Virus record (IMG/VR): IMGVR_UViG_3300008110_000009
Length of the DNA stretch: 64,000 bases
Source: a virus
Strand: one strand, 5' to 3'
Shown here in pieces: positions 1 to 9,328 of the stretch (position 1 is the first letter of the stretch; each line of letters opens with the position of its first letter). The translations under genes and the position numbers were made by a program. Below the pieces are notes generated by a model. It did not search any database. It was not told where the DNA came from and worked only from the letters and a program-made list of their open reading frames with translations.

Positions 1-647
1 GAGTATTCGCCGGATCTACCTTTCTTTCTGGTTAATGTTCTGGAGATAACATAATTTTCTCCATCAATTGTTATATGTCCTTTTACAACAACTTCATCTT
101 CGTCGGTAAATTTATTGAAAACCTCGCCGTTTGTTTTTGTTTTAGTTGTTGTATTAAAGAATAAAAACATTAATAGATCAACACTTGAAGTTGACTTACC
201 ACCAAAGTTTCTAGGATTTGATTCAATAACACTAATACCATTCAATTCGGTAAAATCAATACTGTTGTTTTTACCAAAAGAAAGAAAGTTTGAGAACTCA
301 ACTTTCTTAATAAACCATTTATTGTATCTTACTTTATTCTCATTGATTTTATCTATTTGAGAATTAACACGATTGTCTAATCTATCTAACAGCTCCCACT
401 TAACATTAACCTTATTTTCGGTTAGAAAATCTTTCATTAACGTTTTTTGGTACTGATGGTCTAATATACTATCAGTAACCTCTAGAGTCTTCAGCTTTGT
501 ATTTTGCTTCTGACTTAAGGTTTTTGTAACAACTTGTACATGTGTTGTGTTGTACTTATTTTGAAAGTACGTTTTAACACGTTTAATTCTTTCTGGGGTA
601 AAGTTCTCAGCAACGTCTTCCCACTCAACTTTAATAAAAGGATTCAT
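1..647 (-). CDS. SbcC/Rad50 (T4 gp46-like) ATPase, N-terminal part; runs off the left edge
   Basis: Not in the ORF track; translated by hand from ATG at 647: MNPFIKVEWEDVAENF...WFIKKVEFSNFLSFG...IESNPRNFGGKSTSSVDLLMFLFF. The NFLSFG motif and Walker A-like GGKST are typical of SbcC/Rad50; lies just downstream of an SbcD gene. Confidence 0.9.
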   Translation of the reverse strand, partial: MNPFIKVEWEDVAENFTPERIKRVKTYFQNKYNTTHVQVVTKTLSQKQNTKLKTLEVTDSILDHQYQKTLMKDFLTENKVNVKWELLDRLDNRVNSQIDKINENKVRYNKWFIKKVEFSNFLSFGKNNSIDFTELNGISVIESNPRNFGGKSTSSVDLLMFLFFNTTTKTKTNGEVFNKFTDEDEVVVKGHITIDGENYVISRTLTRKKGRSGEY

Positions 648-692
648 ATCTGTTAAAGATAATGTTTTTGTTTTGAAATTAAAAATTTTCTT

Positions 693-1007
693 TTACTTAA
701 TTCTACTTTCTTCAAAAAATTCTATGACACCATTAATTGCCCAAACGATTCCGCAGGTAAACATACCATCGAAGAAAACACCAAATAGCCAATTAACATC
801 TAGAAATTTTTCAGTTAACCCACCCAAAAGAATTGACATAAAGAAACCAACCCAAGTAGATGTACACATCATGCAGCTAATTAGATCACCAAAGAATTTA
901 GATTTCTTTTTAATCCAAGCTCGTTGGTTTTCAAAAATTGATCCGTAAACTAAAATAGTGGTCATACCGTAACCCATAAATGCCCACAAGATTAAAACTG
1001 ATACCAT
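693..1007 (-). CDS. Small membrane protein with CxxC (DUF1360-like)
   Basis: Three hydrophobic segments; LISCMMCTSTWVG resembles the DUF1360 CxxC..W motif. Confidence 0.6.
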   Translation of the reverse strand: MVSVLILWAFMGYGMTTILVYGSIFENQRAWIKKKSKFFGDLISCMMCTSTWVGFFMSILLGGLTEKFLDVNWLFGVFFDGMFTCGIVWAINGVIEFFEESRIK

Positions 1008-1017
1008 AATTTAAATT

Positions 1018-1518
1018 TTATTCGTCATATAGATTATTCAAGTCGCTACCCTTTAGATATTTCGCTTTATTCATTTTTTCTAAAGCGGTTGTTATCTTGG
1101 TTAGTTCGTCTTTTAATTTATCATTTTCCAGCTTTAAAGCTTTAACTTCATCATCATTAACAACCACCTTTTCAATAGGTACTTCTTTAATTACTTCTTT
1201 GATGATTACTTGTTTTTCGCCTTTAACTTGTACTGGAACTTCTTTAATTACCTCAACAATTTTCTCAACAGGAACCTCTTTAATTATTTCAACTGTTTTT
1301 ATAACTTCAACAATCTTTTCAACAGGAACTTCCTTAATCACTTCTTTGATTACCTCTACTTCTTTTCCTTTTGCTGTTGTTGGTGTTTCACCATATTTTT
1401 CTATGGTAAATCCTCTTTGAAATATTTTTTTAGCTGTTCCTTCGATGTCTGTAATATTGTTAAGCTCACAATACCTTACAAATTCATCATCCAGCGTTAA
1501 CGAGTTCTTCTTTTTCAT
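1018..1518 (-). CDS. Hypothetical protein with KEVPVEKIVEV repeats and C-terminal coiled coil
   Basis: 166-aa ORF; about 4 copies of (I)KEVP(V/I)EK-like units, then heptad-like LKLENDKLKDELTKITTAL. Confidence 0.75.
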   Translation of the reverse strand: MKKKNSLTLDDEFVRYCELNNITDIEGTAKKIFQRGFTIEKYGETPTTAKGKEVEVIKEVIKEVPVEKIVEVIKTVEIIKEVPVEKIVEVIKEVPVQVKGEKQVIIKEVIKEVPIEKVVVNDDEVKALKLENDKLKDELTKITTALEKMNKAKYLKGSDLNNLYDE

Positions 1519-2302
1519 CTTGAATATCGTTTATATCTGAAATGGTGAAATGCATATATGGTTGATTATTTGGCAAATCAAAGAAATCATACTTTTTTGT
1601 CACCATATCAAATATCCCATAACCATGATGTTTAACTGTTTCACCAAAGTTTTGTTGAATAAGAGAACCAATCATAACCGCTAATCCACCACCAGGTAAT
1701 TTAAATGTTTGTCTTTTATGAATATCACCACATAAAAGTAAATCTAATCCAACAAAGTTTAAACGATCATACCCATCTTCAAATTTAAAGCCAAGATCTG
1801 TTGACATACCTTGTATTGGTCCGTGAAACAAACCAATTTTATAACGACCGTCTGCTTTAAAATCTGGTCTTTCATTGTGTTGGTACAATGAATATACAAC
1901 CCAATCAACATCTTCATCTTCATACACACCTTTGTCTTTTAGATAAACAATATTTTTATTGTCTATTAATTCTACAACCGGTGTTATACTATCTAATCGT
2001 TGCATATTATTTTCTAAGAAATCGTGGTTTCCCGGAATAATAACAACCTTACCATAACTAGAAAGTTTATTTAAAAACCAACTGGTTAACATTAGTTGTT
2101 CGTTTGAAATATTGATTTTCTGATGTGCAATATCGCCAGCAATAACAATACGAATCTCATCCCATTTAACACCTTCAGATGTCCATTGTGCACTATGTTC
2201 TCTAATTTCTTCAATTAGCTTTTCAAATTGCTCTTTATACAAATCATGTAATTGAATTGTTCTGATGTGTAAATCTGCAATGTGTACAATTTTTTTAATC
2301 AT
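1487..2302 (-). CDS. SbcD/Mre11 (T4 gp47-like) metallophosphoesterase nuclease
   Basis: Motifs ADLH, AGDIAH, PGNHD, FHG, GDIH; near the SbcC gene. Confidence 0.92.
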   Translation of the reverse strand: MIKKIVHIADLHIRTIQLHDLYKEQFEKLIEEIREHSAQWTSEGVKWDEIRIVIAGDIAHQKINISNEQLMLTSWFLNKLSSYGKVVIIPGNHDFLENNMQRLDSITPVVELIDNKNIVYLKDKGVYEDEDVDWVVYSLYQHNERPDFKADGRYKIGLFHGPIQGMSTDLGFKFEDGYDRLNFVGLDLLLCGDIHKRQTFKLPGGGLAVMIGSLIQQNFGETVKHHGYGIFDMVTKKYDFFDLPNNQPYMHFTISDINDIQDEKEELVNAG

Positions 2303-2303
2303 T

Positions 2304-3065
2304 TTATTTTGAGTTTAACATGTCGATAATCTCTTTTCTCATGTCTGCACATTTGAAAACTTTGTAATTGTCATTACCTTCAAAAAACCAAACGAAATAT
2401 AGATCCCCTATCTTTAAGTTTGTGTTCTTTTCGATAATATATTTGTATAGACTTGTTTGAAGACTATATGTATTATATTCACATTCATCTAAATGTGAGA
2501 TTGGTCTTTTAAATCTATTTCCATAATCACTCTTCATGTTTATGGCTTTGTTTGTTTTCCAGTCCCAGATTTGAATCTGATTGCTTTTCTTGTTCCAGAA
2601 TAGTTGGTCTACCATTCCACATATACCTAATTCAGCATCGCCAATTACAAATTCGCTTTTTAAAGGTATTAAATTTGCTTTACTATCGTTATAGAATCTA
2701 TCAAATAGTTTTACACATTTGTCATATGCTGGTTTAACAATGTCTTCACCAAACCTGTTAACAGCTGGTGACGAATCGTATGGAAATATTTTATTATTCC
2801 AATGGTTTTCAGCATAATCATGCACTGCGCTTCCTTTGATGGTGCTATAATCTCTTTTGTGATCCCATTCGGCTAATACCTCTTCTTTAACAAGACCGTG
2901 TTTATTTGCATATCTTTCAGCTTGACCATCGCTGTCAAATTTGTTTTTAAACTTTCCAATAAAAGTGGTGGCAGATGTTAATAATTGATCTTCAATATAA
3001 TAGTGATGTGGTTCATCATGATATTTGATGTGATCAAACTTGTTTAATTCTAATAGTAAATCCAT
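2304..3065 (-). CDS. PD-(D/E)xK family exonuclease
   Basis: GSAVH, SE...GICGMVDQL...IWDWKT and LQTSLY motifs of RecB/Cas4-like phage nucleases. Confidence 0.85.
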   Translation of the reverse strand: MDLLLELNKFDHIKYHDEPHHYYIEDQLLTSATTFIGKFKNKFDSDGQAERYANKHGLVKEEVLAEWDHKRDYSTIKGSAVHDYAENHWNNKIFPYDSSPAVNRFGEDIVKPAYDKCVKLFDRFYNDSKANLIPLKSEFVIGDAELGICGMVDQLFWNKKSNQIQIWDWKTNKAINMKSDYGNRFKRPISHLDECEYNTYSLQTSLYKYIIEKNTNLKIGDLYFVWFFEGNDNYKVFKCADMRKEIIDMLNSK

Positions 3066-3066
3066 A

Positions 3067-4005
3067 TTAATCTAATTGTAGTTTTTCTAAATTTTCAAAA
3101 TCACCTTTTAAGTCAGCAATATCTTTGTCTATAGGCATTTTAACAACCCACACTTTACCAAACAATTTTCCTGTATTCAGTTTATGGTAAAGTCTTTGTG
3201 CATCTTCCCAGGCGTCACCATCTAATACAATCACAATCTCTTTTGCGTTTGCATAAAGCTTTGAGTAAAGAAACTCACCCATAACCTTACCTAGCATTGC
3301 TATTGAGTTATCAACAAATATACTGTCAAAAACCCCTTCAACAAGATAAATCGTTCTATTCCAATCTATTAGGTGTTCATTGAAAATAATAATTTCTTTT
3401 TGAACATCTGGGTTTTTATATTTCATTTTGGTCTTTGGTAAATAAGACCTGGCAATAAAATAATTGAGTTTTCTGTTTACATCATAAGATGGAATTATGA
3501 TTCTATTTGCAAATAAACCATCATGTGCAAACCCTATATTATGTTTATTAACCATATCATCTGTTATATTCCTACTTCTGATATAGTTGTATGCTTGCCT
3601 GTAATGATGTGTGAGTTTTAACCCCATACTTGCTCCTGAAAATGGAATAAACTCATTTGGGAGTTTAGCTATTTTAGTGATTTTCTGCGGTTGTTCAACG
3701 TCTTCTGGGCGCATTAACTCATAAAACTGTAGTTGCTTTTTTGTGCCATATTTTTTTATGAGTTTGTAAAGATTTCCGTGGGTTTCGTGAGTTTCACCAC
3801 AAGACCAACATTTGTAAACCCCCATTCTATAGTTGATTTCCAGGTTCCCTTTACCATCACCTTCATCCAATCCTTTAATTTCATAGGAACAAACAGGGCA
3901 ATCAAAAGATATTTGACCTTTATAGTCATTATGCATCTTGTAGTTACCAAGAATATCCTCTAAAAGTTCAACAATTTGGTCGAAATCGGTGTCTGTTGCG
4001 GTCAT
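3067..4005 (-). CDS. DNA primase (DnaG-type, Zn finger plus TOPRIM)
   Basis: CPVC...CWSC zinc finger, RIIIP, KYKNP, LVEGVFD and LDGDA motifs. Confidence 0.92.
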   Translation of the reverse strand: MTATDTDFDQIVELLEDILGNYKMHNDYKGQISFDCPVCSYEIKGLDEGDGKGNLEINYRMGVYKCWSCGETHETHGNLYKLIKKYGTKKQLQFYELMRPEDVEQPQKITKIAKLPNEFIPFSGASMGLKLTHHYRQAYNYIRSRNITDDMVNKHNIGFAHDGLFANRIIIPSYDVNRKLNYFIARSYLPKTKMKYKNPDVQKEIIIFNEHLIDWNRTIYLVEGVFDSIFVDNSIAMLGKVMGEFLYSKLYANAKEIVIVLDGDAWEDAQRLYHKLNTGKLFGKVWVVKMPIDKDIADLKGDFENLEKLQLD

Positions 4006-4010
4006 ATTTT

Positions 4011-4018
4011 AAATATAA
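4011..4018 (-). promoter_or_regulatory. TTATATTT putative early/middle promoter element (representative copy)
   Basis: Upstream of primase; related copies at 4112-4119, ~39471-39478 (helicase), 42960-42967 (SSB), 58133-58139, and on plus at 63967-63974. Resembles the Bacteroidota -7 element TAnnTTTG. Confidence 0.45.
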
Positions 4019-4032
4019 GTAAAAAAAACCGT

Positions 4033-4067
4033 AAAAAAAAATCCCCAGAGACACCACCCTCTGGGGA
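4033..4067 (-). terminator. Rho-independent terminator
   Basis: Minus strand TCCCCAGAG-8 nt loop-CTCTGGGGA followed by T9. Confidence 0.8.
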
Positions 4068-4137
4068 ACCAACCAAAATGTAAATAAATTTACATTCCCG
4101 CCTACATTATTAAATATAACACAAATAATAACATTTA

Positions 4138-4344
4138 TCAAACATTAGTTGCCATTTTTTCTTTAGTCTTCTTTTCTTTGATAATTCCAACAGGATAATA
4201 AGTAATTTGATCAATAGTAATTGAATTTATTTTATATCCTGTGTTTGGGTTTGTAACATTAATTCTTTTACTGATACTGGTATCATAAATAACATTTTCA
4301 AGTACTACTTTTCCGTCGACCATTCTTTTAATTGTTTTTTCCAT
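4138..4344 (-). CDS. Hypothetical protein (68 aa)
   Basis: ATG start 2 nt after the resolvase stop; fills the operon gap. Confidence 0.6.
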   Translation of the reverse strand: MEKTIKRMVDGKVVLENVIYDTSISKRINVTNPNTGYKINSITIDQITYYPVGIIKEKKTKEKMATNV

Positions 4345-4346
4345 TT

Positions 4347-4949
4347 TTAATCGTTTTCTTTTATCATGTTTATATATCCTATAACAGCTGTTGCAGCATC
4401 AGCCATATCATAGTTCTCTTTTTTTAAGTTACCTGTTTTACCATATAACCATTTTACTTCTGTACACACAGCGTTAACATGTTCCCAGATAACGTGTTTT
4501 TTATCTATATCTTTTGGATAACCGCCGAACAATACGTTCTTACCTTTACCATTGTCACCAACTAAATCTGGAAATGCAAACTTTCTAGCGTTGTATGTTG
4601 AAATAAATGTTGGTACAATCTCTAACACATCATAAACCGCTTTACAGATCATGGTATTATAACGAAGTAGTGTACCTACTGTGTAGATATTATTGGAATT
4701 TAATAACGGCTCTTCAATAATAACTTTTACAATACCTAGATTCTTATATGCTTCTAGATGCTTTTTAAAAGCGTCAGCCTTTTTTATTAATTCTTCTAAT
4801 TTATCTTCAGGTTGTGGTTTTATTTTTGGGGAAAAATGTGTTAATTCTAATAACTTTTTTCCAGTAAGGTCAAATAAAGCCCACCCAATTGTCTTGGTTG
4901 AAATATCTAAACCAAGAATCTTCGATTTGTTTTTGAATTTAAGGTCCAT
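4347..4949 (-). CDS. RuvC-like Holliday junction resolvase
   Basis: ILGLDISTKTIGWA, IIEEP and DMADA acidic motifs of the RuvC/RNase H fold. Confidence 0.85.
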   Translation of the reverse strand: MDLKFKNKSKILGLDISTKTIGWALFDLTGKKLLELTHFSPKIKPQPEDKLEELIKKADAFKKHLEAYKNLGIVKVIIEEPLLNSNNIYTVGTLLRYNTMICKAVYDVLEIVPTFISTYNARKFAFPDLVGDNGKGKNVLFGGYPKDIDKKHVIWEHVNAVCTEVKWLYGKTGNLKKENYDMADAATAVIGYINMIKEND

Positions 4950-4988
4950 AAAACAAATAATAAGAAAAAATAAATCTATAGTAAAGTC

Positions 4989-7097
4989 TTAGAAATCAAT
5001 TCTAACGGAAAATACCTGGTTACCTGTTCTTTCTAACGGTTTAGCTAATTTAGCTGTAACTAAAGGCTCTTTATTTTCATTTAATAATGCTACCTCTGTT
5101 ATTCTTTTTGGTTGCCCAGTAACATATGTTGGGTTCTGGCTTGTTAAGAATTGTGTTCCAGGTAGATTAACCATGAAATTTAAAACCTCTACGTCAGTTG
5201 CCCTTGTTAATTGAACTGCACCTGGGAAAGGTTGTGAATCTCCAAACTGTGGTAATGTTGGTTGATCGATATTTGGTAATGGGCCAAGATAATTTTCTAT
5301 ATCATATGTAGGTGCAGTAATGGCACTATCATACATATCTCCGGTGATAACAAATTGGTAACCACACATATTTGTTTTAGAAATAAGGTTACCGACAGTG
5401 TGTCCAGATATTTGTGTTGTTAAGTCAATAATTTTCCATCCGTCTGATGATGGTGGATTACCTGTTTGTACAACTTGAACTAATGCATAAAATTTATTTG
5501 CTGTAAACCCGGTAAAATATGATGAATTACTTAAAAATTTAAAATCACCGGTTTCAAATCTAAAACCAATATTTGAATTTGTTGTTCCTGTGATCTTTCC
5601 ATAATAGTTACAATGCATACCATTTCTATAGGTGTCACCAGTGTATTGGAACATATATGTAACCCAAGCGGTTTCTCCTGTAAGAACTACTGGATCTAAA
5701 TCATAGAATGTCGGTAAATCTAATGGCACTGTGTTGAATCTAGGTGCTGGTAATGTATATTTTCTATTTGTTTTATATTCTAATACGGCCACCAATTCTT
5801 GGTCATCAAATACAATAATTTTTTTATCAACAAATACTTTACCAACACGAATACCTTGTTCGTCTAATAAAAATCTAAACTTAAGATTGTTTGTGTTTGG
5901 TTTAGTATTTTTTGCTGATGAAACATAATAATCAGTTGTATCCATCACAAATTTTGCGCCGATTGTTGTTCCGGTATTTCTGTGATAAAAAATAAAAGGA
6001 ATATAAACTTCAAAATGATTAACATCAGAAACTAAATCATCTGGATCGTATGTGTAATATTCTTCATCTGTTTCGCTCCCAATATAATCATCATATTTAA
6101 AAAATCTTTCTGGATCATTAACAATGTCACCTAATTCTGAATAATGAATAACCGCAATACATCTTTGATCTTCTGGTTTTACATCTATTCTTTCTCCAAA
6201 TGAGTTAGTATATGATGTTGGATTAGAAATCGTCCCACCAGTTAAATTTGTAAATGTTTGGCCGGTAGAGGTATAACCTAAGTATTCTTTTAATGATGCG
6301 AACTGTGTTCCAGTATAACCACTTAATGCTTCATCTGATGCGTCTAATCCAGCTGGTTTTTGTGTCCATATTGTTTCTAGTGTCCATGGATCGTGTTGTG
6401 CTAGATTGTCAACTGGTAATGGTGAACAAACCGTAGAGCCTGTTGGTGCTTCTGGGTATTCTAAACTACATCTATTGCAAATAACTTGTGCATATCCGGT
6501 CTCCGCTGAAAGATTTGGCATCGGTCTGTCAAATGTTAATTCTGTAGGACTAACATTTGTGATTTTATAAACTAAGCTTTGTGATGTCCCACTTATAACA
6601 TAATTTTGACTAACAAATTGATTCTTAAATACTAATGTTACGAATTCACACTGTGAATAACCTGTAGCATTAGGAACTGATAAAATATTAGTTCCATCAA
6701 CTTCTGATAATGATATTTCTTTAACTAAGCATTCAACAGTGGTTCCAGTACAAACATCACTATCATATGGTCTATAGTTTGTAACGAATCCAGCTGGGCC
6801 CATTGCATTTTTTAATGTGGTTGTTATTGATTGTTCAACAGCGTTACCATAGTTGATTGTATCTGTACCTGTTAATAGATAGGGATACTTCACATGTTGA
6901 TCTCCATCCATAGGCGCCAATACCCTTTGTCTTGGTGTTGTGCCTGCCCCGGTAAATCCACTAAAAGTATAATCAAATTCAGAATCGCCAACCTGAAAAT
7001 ATTTTATAACAAAATTACCTTCAGCGATAGATTTTCTACCCTTTCTGGTTATTCTTGCTGATAAGAATTCTGAATTACTGCTATCTAAAAAGCTCAT
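4989..7097 (-). CDS. Virion/baseplate structural protein with tail-collar-fibre-like termini
   Basis: N-terminal ITRKGRKSIA...FQVGD and C-terminal ITEVALLNE..PLVTAKL resemble the P2 gpH-type fibre attachment domain (DUF3751); last gene of the structural block. Confidence 0.55.
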   Translation of the reverse strand: MSFLDSSNSEFLSARITRKGRKSIAEGNFVIKYFQVGDSEFDYTFSGFTGAGTTPRQRVLAPMDGDQHVKYPYLLTGTDTINYGNAVEQSITTTLKNAMGPAGFVTNYRPYDSDVCTGTTVECLVKEISLSEVDGTNILSVPNATGYSQCEFVTLVFKNQFVSQNYVISGTSQSLVYKITNVSPTELTFDRPMPNLSAETGYAQVICNRCSLEYPEAPTGSTVCSPLPVDNLAQHDPWTLETIWTQKPAGLDASDEALSGYTGTQFASLKEYLGYTSTGQTFTNLTGGTISNPTSYTNSFGERIDVKPEDQRCIAVIHYSELGDIVNDPERFFKYDDYIGSETDEEYYTYDPDDLVSDVNHFEVYIPFIFYHRNTGTTIGAKFVMDTTDYYVSSAKNTKPNTNNLKFRFLLDEQGIRVGKVFVDKKIIVFDDQELVAVLEYKTNRKYTLPAPRFNTVPLDLPTFYDLDPVVLTGETAWVTYMFQYTGDTYRNGMHCNYYGKITGTTNSNIGFRFETGDFKFLSNSSYFTGFTANKFYALVQVVQTGNPPSSDGWKIIDLTTQISGHTVGNLISKTNMCGYQFVITGDMYDSAITAPTYDIENYLGPLPNIDQPTLPQFGDSQPFPGAVQLTRATDVEVLNFMVNLPGTQFLTSQNPTYVTGQPKRITEVALLNENKEPLVTAKLAKPLERTGNQVFSVRIDF

Positions 7098-7120
7098 TTA
7101 TACTTATTTATTTTAATCAT

Positions 7121-8353
7121 TTATGCTTCACTAGGCCCACCAGGTCCACCTGAACAACTATCATTACCTACTGATATAATACCACCATTTGAATCTACTC
7201 TTATAAATTTATATGTACCTCCATCATATAATAAATCACCATTAGGATTTGTTGTTGTTGGGGTATTTTGCGCACTTTGGTTTTCTGATTCAGTTATATA
7301 TGCCATTCTTGTTACATTACCTAATGACCAAGAACCCGCAACAGGTGTTGTTAAACCATAATCACTATAGATTGTTGTAGTACCTGGTGTTAAAATTGCG
7401 TCAGTTGTATAGAATGGTGAGTTAATTAGATAACCTTGTCCACCTGAACCAAAATTATTACAATAAGTTGTTGATATATTAGTGTCCATGACTTCTTCTG
7501 CTCTGTAGTATACATAAACTGTTGTTGGTGTTACTGTTGGTGTTAACGTCGGAACACCAAGACATTGTATACTTACCTCCCAATAGTCATTTACGTCATT
7601 TGGCGCAGCTAACATTGGTGCTGTTAATACATCTATGTAATATGTTTGGGTGTTATCATATGTTATTGTTAATGTTATTGGGCCAGTTTGAGTTGGGTAC
7701 CAATAATCATTTGAATCATAACCAGATGAATTACCAAACCATCCTGTACTTTCAATAATTGTTAAATCTGTTCTAATTGAAATATTGTTTGGTCTATCGT
7801 TTGCTGTACACGTAAAATTAATTAGCGATCCGTTAGCCACCCCTGTAAAATCTAGTTGACGATCAGGGTAATTATAAATCGTTGGCCCAGTATATTCACC
7901 TGTTACAGTAGAACTACATCCTGGCAAGCTAGTAGGGGTTATTGTTGTTGTTGGTGTAATTGTTGGTGTAACGGTAGTAGTAGTTGTTGTTGGTGTAATT
8001 GTTGGATCAACGGTAGTTGGTGTGGTAGTTGGTGTGGTAGTTGTTGTTGGTGTTATTGTTGGGGTAACAGTGGTAGAAGTTGTTGTTGGTGTTGGTGTTA
8101 CACCTGGTATTCCAGTTATTGAAATACATTGTGTTGTACCAGAACAATCTCCGCCGTCCACTTTAACAAATAAACTAACCGTTCCATCAGGTATTGATGA
8201 AATTGTTTTTGGAAAACTAGATACCGCTTGTGATGTTACTAGACTTGTACAGCCACTTCCACAAGACGCACCTGTACATCCTGATATTGAAACGGTTTGT
8301 CCTGTGATTCCGTTTCCTACTGTTCCTAAATTTACTGAAGCGTTAAATGCCAT
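7121..8353 (-). CDS. Putative virion appendage protein: N-terminal domain, Thr/Pro linkers, two head domains
   Basis: 410 aa; TPTTTT mucin-like linkers separate Cys-containing domains. Confidence 0.65.
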   Translation of the reverse strand: MAFNASVNLGTVGNGITGQTVSISGCTGASCGSGCTSLVTSQAVSSFPKTISSIPDGTVSLFVKVDGGDCSGTTQCISITGIPGVTPTPTTTSTTVTPTITPTTTTTPTTTPTTVDPTITPTTTTTTVTPTITPTTTITPTSLPGCSSTVTGEYTGPTIYNYPDRQLDFTGVANGSLINFTCTANDRPNNISIRTDLTIIESTGWFGNSSGYDSNDYWYPTQTGPITLTITYDNTQTYYIDVLTAPMLAAPNDVNDYWEVSIQCLGVPTLTPTVTPTTVYVYYRAEEVMDTNISTTYCNNFGSGGQGYLINSPFYTTDAILTPGTTTIYSDYGLTTPVAGSWSLGNVTRMAYITESENQSAQNTPTTTNPNGDLLYDGGTYKFIRVDSNGGIISVGNDSCSGGPGGPSEA

Positions 8354-8357
8354 ATGT

Positions 8358-8365
8358 TATAAATA
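8358..8365 (-). promoter_or_regulatory. TATTTATA putative late promoter (representative copy)
   Basis: Same motif at 9273-9279, 9928-9935, 23936-23942, 32128-32135, 34476-34482, 44247-44254, 55234-55240, 57233-57240, 58800-58807, 61938-61944, 63936-63943, each 4-40 nt upstream of a start codon. Confidence 0.65.
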
Positions 8366-8382
8366 TTAATTCTTTTATTTTA

Positions 8383-9267
8383 TTATACTGGACACCCAAT
8401 AGGTATATTGTTATTAGCTCTTAATGTCACAGATACATGTAAAGGTGTTGGTGATGGTGTGTAATCCTCTTCTCCAAGCAGATTGTCAATCGGGCTACTT
8501 AAATGTAATTCTGATGTTCCAATAATATCACAAACTCTATATCTTATAATATTACCCGATCCACTAGCCCACATCCCTCTAATTGTATATGGTAATAAAC
8601 TTTCTAAAACATATATAGTTCCACTTCTTGATCCTCCAGCAGATGTGGTTTCATCTAATAATGTTGCACCATTTTTATCTAAGATAACTAATCGTCCACC
8701 AGAATCTGCACCTATAACCCAATCAATTCTTGCTGATGTAGTTGTTGTAGTTGTTGTTGGTGTTGTAGTTGTTGTTGGTGTTGTAGTTGTTGTTGGTGTT
8801 GGCGTTATTATAACATTATATTCAGACGATCCTCCAGTAAAAGTACAATCTGCAGGGGTTGTTGTTGGTGTTGGGCTTGGGGTAATGATTTGATCGCTAA
8901 TAGCAGAACCACCGCTAAATCTACAATCAATATAATTCGATGTACCTCCAGTAAATAAGCAACAATTTATACAATTATCATAAACCTCCTCATGATTTGT
9001 GAAAATATTTTCAATCACATAACCTCCGGTTACTGTATCTAAAATTTTAAACCAATATTGTGTACTATAGGACGCTCCACTAAAAATAATAGGGTTTGTG
9101 TTGTAATATGATCCATCAGAACTTGCTTGATAAGTTGTACCAGAATTTGGATAATATGTATACCCGGTTGTGACCACAGATTCATTACCTGCGGTGGGCC
9201 CAGTTTTATATAATAACTTAAATGGGTTTGGTGAAACAATACCTTTTAATTTTAGATTTAATCCCAT
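8383..9267 (-). CDS. Putative virion appendage protein with C-x-F-(T/S)-GG repeats and Thr/Pro linker
   Basis: Start moved from the track's TTG (9282) to ATG 9267 (MGLNLKLKG), just after a TATTTAT motif. Confidence 0.65.
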   Translation of the reverse strand: MGLNLKLKGIVSPNPFKLLYKTGPTAGNESVVTTGYTYYPNSGTTYQASSDGSYYNTNPIIFSGASYSTQYWFKILDTVTGGYVIENIFTNHEEVYDNCINCCLFTGGTSNYIDCRFSGGSAISDQIITPSPTPTTTPADCTFTGGSSEYNVIITPTPTTTTTPTTTTTPTTTTTTTSARIDWVIGADSGGRLVILDKNGATLLDETTSAGGSRSGTIYVLESLLPYTIRGMWASGSGNIIRYRVCDIIGTSELHLSSPIDNLLGEEDYTPSPTPLHVSVTLRANNNIPIGCPV

Positions 9268-9300
9268 ACTACATAAATACAACTCTTATAAAATATAAAT

Positions 9301-9328
9301 AAAAAACCCCTCGTTTTGAAGGGGTTTT
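9301..9328 (-). terminator. Rho-independent terminator (possibly bidirectional)
   Basis: AAAACCCCT...AGGGGTTTT inverted repeat with T-tract on minus. Confidence 0.8.

Noticed and set aside
647-695. The DUF1360-like ORF and SbcC are in frame, separated by a single TAA (693-695): possible readthrough or recoding
   Set aside because: Being in frame is a 1-in-3 chance, SbcC has its own ATG at 647, and TAA is the main stop codon throughout.
2304-3065. Cas4 of a CRISPR system
   Set aside because: Lacks the four-Cys Fe-S pattern and sits in a replication operon with no array or other cas genes.
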